Shown in pieces: positions 27,809 through 37,267 of a DNA stretch of 64,000 bases. Source of the stretch: Parcubacteria group bacterium (GTDB lineage: Bacteria > Patescibacteriota > Minisyncoccia > Phycocordibacterales > GCA-002724975); NCBI GenBank assembly GCA_002724975.1, contig PBQF01000039.1, positions 1,152-65,151 on the forward strand, read 5' to 3'. Within the stretch, counting starts at the first letter, position 1, and the number at the start of each line of letters is the position of its first letter. Made by a program: the position numbers and the translations under genes. The notes below the pieces were generated by a model, which was not told the DNA's origin, did no database searches, and saw only the letters and a list, made by a program, of their open reading frames with translations.

Positions 27809-30007
27809 ATGGGCAGAAGAAGAAAAGAGAAAAAAGTTATAAACCCCTTTAAAAAAATGAGGAAAGAGACGGCTCAGGCGGTTTACACAGTAATTCTTTT
27901 TGTTCTAGGAGTTTTTTTAATATTAGCTTCAATAGGAAAAGCAGGGGTAGCTGGACGCACCACATACAATGCACTTTTTAGTATTCTGGGCGTGGGTTAT
28001 TTTGTCCTACCCATTCTTTCTTTCACTCTTGGCGCGTCTCTTTTAAAAAACGATGGTGAGGATGAGTATGAAAAAAGTAGCATGGGAGTAACAAAAGGTT
28101 TGGGATCTTTTTTGTTTCTCATTTCTTCTTTAGGAATTATTGATTTGTTGTTAAAAAAGGGTGGAGTAGTGGGTAATTTTATTTCTGGGGTTTTTGTAAA
28201 GTTCTTTGATTTTTACGGTGGTCTATCTATTATGATTGCTTTGTTTGCAATTTCCCTTTTGATAATTTTCGAAGCAAAGCTTTCAAAAGAATCGTTTCTT
28301 TTTTGGAGAAAATTTAAAAAAGACGATGAATACGACGAAGGAGATGAATATAATGAAGATGTCTATATGGAAGATGAAGAAAATTATGAAGAGGTGGAAA
28401 AAGAAAACCACAATGAAGAAAGAGAGCCAACGATAAATAATTTTTCAGACAGGATAGCAAAAGTGGGTAGCATGATGTTTGCTTCAAGGATTTCTCAGAA
28501 AGATTATAACCCTCCGCCCCTTAGCTTGCTACAAGGAGATAGAGGGAGGCCCGGAGTTGGTGATATAAAAGCAAACGCAAATATTATAAAAAGAACTTTA
28601 AAAAATTTTGGTATGGATGTCGAGATGGATGAAATATCAATAGGTCCGTCAGTTACAAGATACGCCCTGAAACCAGCAGAAGGAATAAAACTTTCCCGCA
28701 TTGTAGCTTTAAAGCAGGATCTGTCTTTGGCACTGGCAGCACATCCCTTAAGAATAGAGGCGCCAATTCCTGGCAGGTCTTTGGTTGGTGTGGAAATTCC
28801 AAATAGTTCAAGGACGACGGTTGGATTAGGTTCGCTTCTCTCTTCGAAAGAATACCAGGAATCAGTAAAGCCACTTATGATTTCCTTGGGTCGTGGAGTC
28901 TCGGGAAAATCAGAGTTTGCCAACTTGGCTAAAATACCTCATCTTCTAATTGCTGGAGCAACTGGTGCCGGAAAATCAGTCACAATACACACAATTATAA
29001 ATTCTTTGGTTTTCAGGAATTCTCCCGAAAATTTAAGGTTTATAATGATAGACCCTAAGAGAGTTGAATTGACTGCCTATAATGGTATACCTCATCTTCT
29101 ATCTCCCGTTTTAACCAACCCTAAGAAAGCTATTTTAGCCCTAAAATGGGCGGCTAAGGAGATGGAAAGAAGATACGACATTTTAGAAACCGAAAGAGTT
29201 AGAGATATAGGTTCCTACCATGATAATGTTCTGAACCCATACCTCGACAGAAAAATACAGAAAGAAGGTGAGGAAAACGAACCCGAAAGGATGCCTTATA
29301 TATTAATCGTCATAGATGAGCTGGCCGACATTATGAGTACTTATCCAAGAGAATTAGAGGCGGCTGTTGTCCGGTTGGCACAGATGTCCAGGGCTGTCGG
29401 AATACATCTAGTCCTATCAACCCAGAGGCCTTCGGTCCAAGTTATAACAGGATTAATTAAAGCAAACATTCCAGGGAGAATTGCTCTTCAAGTTTCGTCA
29501 CAAGTTGATTCCCGAACAATTCTTGATCAGAGTGGTGCAGAATCACTTCTGGGTGCTGGAGACATGCTTTATATTTCCGGTGAAATGTCAAAACCAAGAA
29601 GAATCCAGTCAGCTTTCATATCCGAAGAAGAAGTTAAGAAAGTTTCAAAATATTTAAAGAAAAATTATGAAGAGAAACTGCCAGAGGGCTTTGATATTAC
29701 AAGTGAGGAAAATAACGGCAGTATTGATTTTGATTCAGTGTCGGCATCTTCCGGGTTCAGTGATAAAGATGATGACAACTTGTACGAAGACGCAAGAGCG
29801 GCCGTAATGGATGCCGGAAAGGCTTCGACGTCATACATCCAAAGAAAACTTCGTGTTGGTTATGCAAGAGCTGCAAGGTTAATGGATATGCTGGAAGAAA
29901 GAGGTGTTATCGGACCACAAGATGGTTCCAAGCCAAGAGAAATTTTGGAGGCAAATGAAAATAGCGGGTATGGAGAAAGTGATTATGAGGAGAATGAAAA
30001 TATTTAA
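27809..30007 (+). CDS. ftsK: DNA translocase FtsK/SpoIIIE
   Basis: Four TM N-terminus, PHLLIAGATGAGKS, IDELAD, TQRPS, gamma domain QRKLRVGYARAARL. Confidence 0.96.
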   Translation: MGRRRKEKKVINPFKKMRKETAQAVYTVILFVLGVFLILASIGKAGVAGRTTYNALFSILGVGYFVLPILSFTLGASLLKNDGEDEYEKSSMGVTKGLGSFLFLISSLGIIDLLLKKGGVVGNFISGVFVKFFDFYGGLSIMIALFAISLLIIFEAKLSKESFLFWRKFKKDDEYDEGDEYNEDVYMEDEENYEEVEKENHNEEREPTINNFSDRIAKVGSMMFASRISQKDYNPPPLSLLQGDRGRPGVGDIKANANIIKRTLKNFGMDVEMDEISIGPSVTRYALKPAEGIKLSRIVALKQDLSLALAAHPLRIEAPIPGRSLVGVEIPNSSRTTVGLGSLLSSKEYQESVKPLMISLGRGVSGKSEFANLAKIPHLLIAGATGAGKSVTIHTIINSLVFRNSPENLRFIMIDPKRVELTAYNGIPHLLSPVLTNPKKAILALKWAAKEMERRYDILETERVRDIGSYHDNVLNPYLDRKIQKEGEENEPERMPYILIVIDELADIMSTYPRELEAAVVRLAQMSRAVGIHLVLSTQRPSVQVITGLIKANIPGRIALQVSSQVDSRTILDQSGAESLLGAGDMLYISGEMSKPRRIQSAFISEEEVKKVSKYLKKNYEEKLPEGFDITSEENNGSIDFDSVSASSGFSDKDDDNLYEDARAAVMDAGKASTSYIQRKLRVGYARAARLMDMLEERGVIGPQDGSKPREILEANENSGYGESDYEENENI

Positions 30008-30013
30008 TAAGTC

Positions 30014-30358
30014 ATGACCAAGGAAGCAAGAGTAATTAAAACAACAATTTCCAGTCTAATTGTTTTGGTTATAGCTTTTTTTGTTTTATTCCAATCTAGA
30101 AACTTAATAGCAGGACCACAATTAATAATAAATAATCCTTCAAATGGTGAGGTTGTTGAAGACTCCCTAACTGAAATATCGGGTATTGCAGAAAATATAT
30201 CGGAAATAAAATTAAATGGTAGAAACATTTTTGTTGATGAGAGAGGAAATTTTAATGAAAAAATTCTCTTATCCTACGGTTATAATACAATTATCATCGA
30301 AGCAAAAGATCGTTTTAATCGAAAAACTACAGAAAAATTAGAATTAGTTTTAAAGTAA
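30014..30358 (+). CDS. Hypothetical protein with TM anchor and Ig-like domain
   Basis: ISG.A....I.LNG...G.F...L..GYN.I.I.A.D pattern. Confidence 0.7.
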   Translation: MTKEARVIKTTISSLIVLVIAFFVLFQSRNLIAGPQLIINNPSNGEVVEDSLTEISGIAENISEIKLNGRNIFVDERGNFNEKILLSYGYNTIIIEAKDRFNRKTTEKLELVLK

Positions 30359-30359
30359 A

Positions 30360-31367
30360 ATGCCAAAGAAAAAAATCATAAAAAAAGAAACTGGTAGCAA
30401 TATTGAAGATACCATAAACGAAATAAGGACTAAGTTTGGTGAAGAAGCCATAATGAAATTGGGGGACAAGCCAAGGGTTGATGTTGAGGCTATTTCAACC
30501 GGTTCAATTGGTTTAAATCATGCTCTTGGAATAGGCGGGTTGCCAAGAGGAAGAATTGTTGAAATCTTTGGCCCGGAATCTTCAGGAAAAACAACTTTGG
30601 CTCTCCATGCCGTAGCAGAGGCTCAAAAAAAAGGAGGCGTTTGTGCGTTCGTTGATGCGGAACATGCCATGGATCCAGAATATTCCAAGAAGCTTGGTGT
30701 CAAAGTGGATGAACTTTTGATTTCACAACCAGACACGGGCGAGCAATCCCTTGAAATAACGGAGTCCTTGGTTCGCAGTGGAAAAATTGATGTAGTAGTT
30801 ATTGATTCTGTTGCTGCCTTAACTCCAAAAGATGAAATTGAAGGAGATATGGGAGCCCATCATGTAGGGAAACAAGCAAGATTAATGTCTCAAGCTCTTA
30901 GAAAATTGACTGCGATTGTTGCTAAAAGTAAAACAGTGGTAATTTTCATCAACCAAATAAGAATGAAGATAGGAGTGATGTTCGGCAATCCCGAAACAAC
31001 TCCTGGTGGAAGGGCTTTGAAATTTTATACTTCTGTCCGAATTGATGTTAGAAGAATCGCCCAGATTAAAAAAGGAGACGAAGTTATCGGTAGCCGTACT
31101 CGGGCAAAAATTGTTAAGAATAAAGTAGCCTCCCCTTTCAAGTTGGCAGAATTTGATTTGCTCCACAACGAAGGAATCTCAAAAGAAGGTGAGTTGCTTG
31201 TTCTGGGAGAAAAATTTGGATTGGTTCAAAAAAGCGGAGCATCATATTCCTACGGTGAAGAAAAATTGGGAAGAGGATATGACGTAGCCAGAGCCTTTTT
31301 GAAAGAAAATAAAAAGGTAACAAACAGTTTAATAAAAGATATAAAAGAAAAACTTAAAGAAGAATAA
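30360..31367 (+). CDS. recA: Recombinase RecA
   Basis: [15 protein letters not shown] and GGRALKFY motifs. Confidence 0.98.
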   Translation: MPKKKIIKKETGSNIEDTINEIRTKFGEEAIMKLGDKPRVDVEAISTGSIGLNHALGIGGLPRGRIVEIFGPESSGKTTLALHAVAEAQKKGGVCAFVDAEHAMDPEYSKKLGVKVDELLISQPDTGEQSLEITESLVRSGKIDVVVIDSVAALTPKDEIEGDMGAHHVGKQARLMSQALRKLTAIVAKSKTVVIFINQIRMKIGVMFGNPETTPGGRALKFYTSVRIDVRRIAQIKKGDEVIGSRTRAKIVKNKVASPFKLAEFDLLHNEGISKEGELLVLGEKFGLVQKSGASYSYGEEKLGRGYDVARAFLKENKKVTNSLIKDIKEKLKEE

Positions 31368-31370
31368 CCT

Positions 31371-31703
31371 TTAAGCTTGTCTTTGTGGTGTTCTAAATAG
31401 AAGCCCTTTTATATTGTTTCCTAGAATAAAAACAGCAAGTATAAAAACAGCAACTGAAATTGTCTGAACAACAAGTTCGGTATTCATAAAAGCATATTTA
31501 TAGAAATACAGGACATGACCAGCGTCCATGCTTCCTAGATTCTTGGTGTTTTTGAAGACATTCATCAGAGAAACATTGGAAATAAATCCCCACAATAAGA
31601 TAAGTGTGATGTAAATTTTCAACGCGACTTTGCTAACTGTACTTCTGCAGTAAAAAATGAACTGAATACGTCTCATTATTCTGTTTTTTAATTTTGTTTC
31701 CAT
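31371..31703 (-). CDS. Two-TM hypothetical protein, possible anti-sigma factor
   Basis: Immediately downstream of an ECF sigma gene; two hydrophobic segments. Confidence 0.55.
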   Translation of the reverse strand: METKLKNRIMRRIQFIFYCRSTVSKVALKIYITLILLWGFISNVSLMNVFKNTKNLGSMDAGHVLYFYKYAFMNTELVVQTISVAVFILAVFILGNNIKGLLFRTPQRQA

Positions 31704-31705
31704 AA

Positions 31706-32305
31706 TTAAATTAAATTGTAACCATTAAGCTTTCGGAATTCTTTTTTGGCCCTGTAAATTCTGGTTTTAATTGCTCCAACAGATAAATTTTCCATTTTGG
31801 CAATTTCTTTCTGTGGTCTCCTTTCTATAAAGTGTAGGTGCAAAATCTTAGATAGAGTTTTCGGTAACTTTACCAAAGCTCTGGCCACATAGTCTGATAC
31901 TTCTTTTTTATGTAAACTCCCCGCCGTATAAGGATCCTCTATAACTTTGGACATATTTTCAGTAAGCTCTGTGATATTTTTTCTTTTCTTTTTCAGTCTC
32001 TGATAATAAGTAAATGAAGTATTAATCAGAATCTTATACCCCCAAGATTTAAAGGAGGCACCTTCCTGTTTTTTAAACTTAGGAGCATTCAAGTAGATTT
32101 TAGTGAATGTTTCTTGAACAATATCTTCAGCATCTTCCTTGCCATGAAGAATAGATCGAGCTTTTCTAAGAAAAGCTTCTTCATAACGAGTAATCAGCAC
32201 GGAAAAAATATCCGGCTTCGATATTGAGATGTTTAAGATTTCTTCATCAGACAAATCCTGATGGTCCACCTTCTCTTCTTTACCCCCTAAATTTAAAAAA
32301 GCCAT
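31706..32305 (-). CDS. ECF RNA polymerase sigma factor
   Basis: DAEDIVQETF, F.SW.Y.I..N, KEIA....SVGAIKTRIYRAK; probable ATG 32305. Confidence 0.9.
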   Translation of the reverse strand: MAFLNLGGKEEKVDHQDLSDEEILNISISKPDIFSVLITRYEEAFLRKARSILHGKEDAEDIVQETFTKIYLNAPKFKKQEGASFKSWGYKILINTSFTYYQRLKKKRKNITELTENMSKVIEDPYTAGSLHKKEVSDYVARALVKLPKTLSKILHLHFIERRPQKEIAKMENLSVGAIKTRIYRAKKEFRKLNGYNLI

Positions 32306-32427
32306 AAATGGGTTATTGCCAGCCCCGCATATGCGGGGACCTAGCAAACTTATAATATCTCGACCCCACTGATTATTGCAACAAGGAAGTTTGAAAAAGG
32401 TTACTAAATTGGTATAGAATAGCAATC

Positions 32428-32988
32428 ATGTTGTCATATAATGAAATTACACCTAAGAAATTTGTAGAACTTAATGATGAGCCGTATGAAGTAATTTCTT
32501 CACATGTTTTCAGAAAACAACAGAGAAAGCCGGTCAATCAAACAAAGTTAAAGAATCTAAAGACTGGAAAAGTGACAGAACGCTCTTTTGCCGGTTCCGA
32601 AAAGGTAGAGGAAGCTAATATAGATTCTAGAGAAATAAAATACCTTTATAATAACAGGGGAGAATATTGGTTCTCCAATCCTGATAATCCAAAAGAAAGA
32701 TTTAGTCTAGACCAAGAAAAAATCCCAGAGAGATTTAAATTTATAAAGGAAAACGATATTATCACTTCCCTTTCATTTAATAATGAAATAATCGAATTTA
32801 AAATCCCAATTAAAGTCAGTTTGAAAGTTAAGGAAGCTCCACCAGCAGTAAAGGGAAATACCTCTTCTGGTGCTAACAAAATTGTTACTCTAGAAACTGC
32901 CGCCACAGTAACCACTCCTATCTTTATTAAAGAAGGGGATATTATCGAAGTTAATACTGAAACAGGAGAATATACGGGAAGAGTTTAA
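32428..32988 (+). CDS. efp: Elongation factor P
   Basis: KLKNLKTG, PAVKGNT, LETA..V.TP.FI..GD.I.VNT.TGEY..R. Confidence 0.92.
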   Translation: MLSYNEITPKKFVELNDEPYEVISSHVFRKQQRKPVNQTKLKNLKTGKVTERSFAGSEKVEEANIDSREIKYLYNNRGEYWFSNPDNPKERFSLDQEKIPERFKFIKENDIITSLSFNNEIIEFKIPIKVSLKVKEAPPAVKGNTSSGANKIVTLETAATVTTPIFIKEGDIIEVNTETGEYTGRV

Positions 32989-33192
32989 TTACCTTGAAAC
33001 ATAGGGTAAGAGACCCATGAATCTAGCCCTCTTAATAGCCTCCTCTAACTTCCTATGATTTTTGGAGTTTATGTTCGTCTTCCGTTTGGAATTAATTCTG
33101 GCGTGGGAATTTATAAACTTCTTCAAGACTTCTGCGTCTTTGTAATCAATATACCTTATTCCGTGTTGTGAAAAATAATCCTGTTTAGACAT
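32989..33192 (-). CDS. rpsR: 30S ribosomal protein S18
   Basis: IDYKD, AIKRARFMGLLPY. Confidence 0.95.
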   Translation of the reverse strand: MSKQDYFSQHGIRYIDYKDAEVLKKFINSHARINSKRKTNINSKNHRKLEEAIKRARFMGLLPYVSR

Positions 33193-33194
33193 AT

Positions 33195-33638
33195 TTAGAA
33201 TGGAATATCTTCTGGTTTAATATCTTCCTCTGGATACTCAATTGTATCAAGATTTTCCTTTTGAGGTGTTTGGTCTTCGGCTTCTTTTGGTGCTGGAGTA
33301 GCTCCCTTATCTCTTTTTGGACCAAATTGAACCCTGTCAGCAACAATTTCGGTCATATATTTTTTAACTCCATCATTTCCTTCCCAACTCCTGGTCTGAA
33401 TTCTCCCCTCAACCAAAGCACTTGAGCCTTTCTTTAAATATTGGGCAACATTTTCCGCCTGCCTACCAAAAACAACAATATTATGATAATCAGTACTATC
33501 TTGTTTGTTGCCTTCTTTGTCCTTCCAAACTCTATTAGTAGCCAATGAAAAAGTTGTCACTGGAACACCGGAAGGCAGAGATCTTAACTCTGGATCTCTA
33601 GTTAAGTTTCCAATAATGATTGCTTTGTTTAAATACAT
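33195..33638 (-). CDS. ssb: Single-stranded DNA-binding protein
   Basis: NKAIIIGNLTRDPE; acidic DIPF tail. Confidence 0.96.
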   Translation of the reverse strand: MYLNKAIIIGNLTRDPELRSLPSGVPVTTFSLATNRVWKDKEGNKQDSTDYHNIVVFGRQAENVAQYLKKGSSALVEGRIQTRSWEGNDGVKKYMTEIVADRVQFGPKRDKGATPAPKEAEDQTPQKENLDTIEYPEEDIKPEDIPF

Positions 33639-33643
33639 AATTG

Positions 33644-34144
33644 TTATTCAACTACTAATTCATCAATGGCTTTGTCAACTTGAACTTCTGAAATCGGCTC
33701 TTTTTCCTTTGAAGATTCTTTAGATTTCTCTTTAGGTAATGAGATACTTGGCACCATACTCGGTTTTCGAAAAATCATTTTACTTTCTCTGACCGATTTA
33801 ACAAGCAAAAATCTCAAAATATTTTCCATTCTCCCCAACTCCGTCTTCATTTTAGAAACTGAACCAGGATTAGCTTCAAACTTTATCCATCCGAAATAAG
33901 CAGTATCAAAAACTTTTTTTTCGTTACCAATAACTTTACTCATTTCGTAGGCAAGTTTTATAGACTTAGGAGCTCCCTCCTCACCAATAAAAAGACCTCC
34001 ATTCTTCTCAATAACAGATTTTATATTTGAAACTTCGCCCACTAAATTTTCTTCAGCAATAATGGGAAGAAGATGAAAACCGAGCTCGTAAACCCCCAAC
34101 TCGTCCCCCACCGATAATTCATTATTTTTTACTCCTTCAGCCAT
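33644..34144 (-). CDS. rpsF: 30S ribosomal protein S6
   Basis: YEL, LAY and ILRFLLV motifs; rpsF-ssb-rpsR order; probable ATG 34144. Confidence 0.85.
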   Translation of the reverse strand: MAEGVKNNELSVGDELGVYELGFHLLPIIAEENLVGEVSNIKSVIEKNGGLFIGEEGAPKSIKLAYEMSKVIGNEKKVFDTAYFGWIKFEANPGSVSKMKTELGRMENILRFLLVKSVRESKMIFRKPSMVPSISLPKEKSKESSKEKEPISEVQVDKAIDELVVE

Positions 34145-34190
34145 GAAGGACAGACTATCATGTAAATACAGCCTTTTCAAGAAAAACAAA

Positions 34191-34230
34191 ACTGCCTAGG
34201 GGTCTTTCGTTTTTGATTAACCCCTGGGCA
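34191..34230 (-). terminator. Intrinsic terminator, cassette F
   Basis: CTGCCCAGGGG...CCCCTAGGCAG followed by a T-rich tract on minus strand. Confidence 0.7.
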
Positions 34231-34249
34231 GAAATCAACTTAGTTCTTC

Positions 34250-34723
34250 CTAGATTCTTCTTTGCCTCTGGTAGCACATGGGACAGATGGACTTGCCATC
34301 TTTTGTGCGCGTGGCCACAGACTTGTCCCTCCTGCACAAAGAGCAAGGCTCGTGTGTAGATTTGTCATGGTAGCGGGCTCTCTGGTAGCACATGGGACAG
34401 ATGGACTTGCCATCTTTTGTGCGCGCGGCCACAGACTTGTCCCTCCTGCACAAAGAGCAAGGCTCGTGTGTAGATTTGTCATGGTAGCGGGCTCGCTTAT
34501 AGCACACGGGACAGATGGACTTGCCATCTTTTGTGCGCGTGGCCACAGACTTGACCTCTTCGCACAAAGAGCAAGGCTCGTGTGTAGATTTGTCATGGTT
34601 GCGGGCTTGCATATAGCACGCACGACAAATTAGTTGACCCATCTTACGATTTTGGGCAACTCCTTTCTTTCTTCTACCACAAACACCGCAACGCTGCTGC
34701 TGCCAGTGCCAATTACGTTTCAT
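34250..34723 (-). CDS. CxxC...CxxC tandem zinc-finger repeat protein (cassette F)
   Basis: Four C4 units, three nearly identical 38-aa repeats; GGGAGG SD; TTGACA-17-TAGTCT at 34804-34832. Confidence 0.75.
   Translation of the reverse strand: MKRNWHWQQQRCGVCGRRKKGVAQNRKMGQLICRACYMQARNHDKSTHEPCSLCEEVKSVATRTKDGKSICPVCYKRARYHDKSTHEPCSLCRRDKSVAARTKDGKSICPMCYQRARYHDKSTHEPCSLCRRDKSVATRTKDGKSICPMCYQRQRRI
34266..34615. repeat. 114-bp tandem repeat, about 3 copies
   Basis: CTCTGGTAGCACATGGGACAGATGG at 34266 and 34380; third diverged copy near 34494. Confidence 0.93.
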
Positions 34724-34828
34724 TAGGTCGCCTTCCTCCCTTCTGGTTTAAAATAATGAAAAATAAAAAACATGAGTGCCCTGCGAGAGAAGTGTCTTGC
34801 GAGAGACTAGCACAGACATTACATATTG

Positions 34829-35629
34829 TCAAAATTTTAAATTAAAGAATTTTGAACTATTCTCAAGAAGTTTGGGTATTAATTCAGTTTCTGAAATTTT
34901 CTTTATTTCGGCAATCCTTTTTGCTACTTCAATAACATAAATGGGTTCATTTCTTTTCCCTCTATGGGGTACAGGAGCTACAAATGGAGCATCTGTTTCA
35001 ATATGTATCATTTCTAGTGGAATACTTTCTATAATCTCATTAAAGTCTTGAATATAAGTAATAAGGCCAGTGAAAGAAATGGTAAATCCAAATTTAATGT
35101 ATTCTTCCGCAATTTCTTTTGTGGAAGCGAAGAAATGCGAGTTGCCTCTTAACTTGTCTTTATATTCTTTCTTTTTGGATTCCAGAATCTTAAAAACATC
35201 CAAATGTGCATCCTGCGTACCTTTGCTAGGACGTACATGGAGCATTAAAGGTAAATCATGCTTTGCGGCAAAATCAATTTGCCTTTCAAAAAGCTCTTTT
35301 TGTTTTTCTTTTTCCTCTTCATTCTTTAAACGAAAATAATCTAAACCGCACTCCCCTATGCAAACAACTTTTGGGTTTTTTATTAATTCTTCAAAAAAAC
35401 CTTCATCAAAATCATCTACCGAGTCTGTTGGATGAATACCAACACATGCCCAAATATTTTCATTCTCATTTGAAAGTTTTACAGCCAGTTCCGAAGTTTT
35501 TTTATCAACACCAATAACAATTGTCCCAACCTCTTGTTTATTCATCCTTGAAATAACCCCAGGTAAATCATCGTTGAACTCTTTCAGATTGAGATGAGAG
35601 TGTATATCTATGTATTTAATCATTCTCAC
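34829..35629 (-). CDS. tatD: TatD family DNase
   Basis: DIHSHL, GIHP, IGECGLDY, ETDAP...RGKRNEP. Confidence 0.93.
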   Translation of the reverse strand: MRMIKYIDIHSHLNLKEFNDDLPGVISRMNKQEVGTIVIGVDKKTSELAVKLSNENENIWACVGIHPTDSVDDFDEGFFEELIKNPKVVCIGECGLDYFRLKNEEEKEKQKELFERQIDFAAKHDLPLMLHVRPSKGTQDAHLDVFKILESKKKEYKDKLRGNSHFFASTKEIAEEYIKFGFTISFTGLITYIQDFNEIIESIPLEMIHIETDAPFVAPVPHRGKRNEPIYVIEVAKRIAEIKKISETELIPKLLENSSKFFNLKF

Positions 35630-35766
35630 TCGAGCTTGCTTAAACGATGGTCATAAGTATCTAAAAGACCCCAGATACCTCTCCAAGAGGTAATAATTGC
35701 AAAAACGATTAACAAAGAATAAATGTTTGGATGATTTTTTCTAAGTCTTGAAATATTATTTTTCAT
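35626..35766 (-). CDS. 46-aa membrane peptide, possibly truncated
   Basis: Manual translation MKNNISRLRKNHPNIYSLLIVFAIITSWRGIWGLLDTYDHRLSKLE; abuts metG and tatD. Confidence 0.5.
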   Translation of the reverse strand: MKNNISRLRKNHPNIYSLLIVFAIITSWRGIWGLLDTYDHRLSKLE

Positions 35767-35768
35767 GA

Positions 35769-37211
35769 CTATTTTCTTAAGAATAATGGTTTTGGAATAA
35801 CTTTTCCTTCAATTCCCTTTGATATTATTTCTGCTGTTTCTGGAAGAAATGGCTTTAGAAGTGTGGCTATTTCATACAGACGAGTAGCAAGATAAGCAAC
35901 AATCTCTTTTGCTTTTTTTTCGTCCTTCTTAATTAACTTGAAAGGCTCAGTTTCTTGAATATGTGCGTCAAGTATTCCTATTTCTCTCCAGATGTAATCG
36001 AGCGCTTTGTTAAATTCAAAGTTGTCTATATGTATTCTGAGTTTATCAAAATCCGCCCCTTTTAAAATTTCTTCCTTTTTAGGTAAAACTATCTCAACCC
36101 CATAATCAACATACATCTTCATAATTCTACTAAAGAGATTCCCGAGACCATTGGCCAAGTTTGCATTATAGCTTTCCAATAGAATTTCTTCTGAGAAATT
36201 ACTATCTTCAACAGGAGAAACGTGCCTCAAAAGATGGTATCTCAAAGTATCAGTCCCGAATTTCTCCACAATTTCAAAAGGGTCGACGATATTGCCTATC
36301 GACTTTGATATTTTCTCACCCTTCACTGTTATAAAGCCATGGTAGAAGATTTCGTCAGTTGTCTTAATGCCAGCAGAAATTAGCATTGCCTGCCACATTA
36401 GAGACTGGAATCTAACTTGGTCCTTACCAGCAAATTGTATTGTCTGCCCATCATTCCAGAACTTTTGAAAATTGCCGTCTTTATCATCAGGCCAGCCAAG
36501 AGTTGAAATATAATTTGTTAGGGCGTCAAACCAAACATACATTACATGATTTTCATCTCCCGGCACTGGTACCCCCCAAGGCATTTTTTCTTTTATTCTC
36601 GATACAGAAAAATCTTCCAAACCACTCTTAACAAAATTTATTGCTTCCTCCCTTCTCCATTTAGGAGTAATGACTTTCGGATTTTTAAGGTACTCTAGCA
36701 ACTCTTTTTCATATTTACTGAATCTGAAAAAATAATTTTCTTCCTCAACCTCTTCGAGGTTTTTTGTTGAATGGTTTGGACAACGGTTGTTTTTACACTC
36801 GTCCTCCTTTATAAAACGCTCACAAGAAATACAATAAAGTCCTTTATAATTTTTTTTATATATATCACCTTTCTCCTGACATATTTCCCAAAGTTTTTCT
36901 GTAGCCTTAATATGATTTTCATCCGTTGTTCTTATAAAATTGTCATAACTTAAGTTAAGAGCTTTTTTTAATTCATCAAACTTTGGGGCTAGCTCATCAA
37001 CATATTCCTGAGGTTTCTTGCCCACTTCTTGGGCAGCGTTAAAAATTTTCAAACCATGCTCATCTGTTCCAGTATTAAAAAATACTTCCCGGCCCAAAAG
37101 TCTTTCGAAGCGAGCTCTGGCATCAGCCTGAATAATCTCCAATGCAAACCCAATATGCGGTTTGGCATTAACATAAGGAAGTGTGGTTGTTTGATAGAAT
37201 ACTTTTTTCAT
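35769..37211 (-). CDS. metG: Methionine--tRNA ligase
   Basis: PYVNAKPHIG, GTDEHG, YVWFDAL and KISKS motifs. Confidence 0.96.
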   Translation of the reverse strand: MKKVFYQTTTLPYVNAKPHIGFALEIIQADARARFERLLGREVFFNTGTDEHGLKIFNAAQEVGKKPQEYVDELAPKFDELKKALNLSYDNFIRTTDENHIKATEKLWEICQEKGDIYKKNYKGLYCISCERFIKEDECKNNRCPNHSTKNLEEVEEENYFFRFSKYEKELLEYLKNPKVITPKWRREEAINFVKSGLEDFSVSRIKEKMPWGVPVPGDENHVMYVWFDALTNYISTLGWPDDKDGNFQKFWNDGQTIQFAGKDQVRFQSLMWQAMLISAGIKTTDEIFYHGFITVKGEKISKSIGNIVDPFEIVEKFGTDTLRYHLLRHVSPVEDSNFSEEILLESYNANLANGLGNLFSRIMKMYVDYGVEIVLPKKEEILKGADFDKLRIHIDNFEFNKALDYIWREIGILDAHIQETEPFKLIKKDEKKAKEIVAYLATRLYEIATLLKPFLPETAEIISKGIEGKVIPKPLFLRK

Positions 37212-37267
37212 AAAAATCAATCGGACCACTCTAGAGGTCCGATTAATAAAGACTCCTAGAGAAAATG

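Noticed and set aside
34240-34633. Alternative repeat ORFs 34240-34623 (-) and 34262-34633 (+)
   Set aside because: Shadows of the 114-bp repeat; only 34250-34723 has an SD, a promoter and a coherent CxxC pattern.
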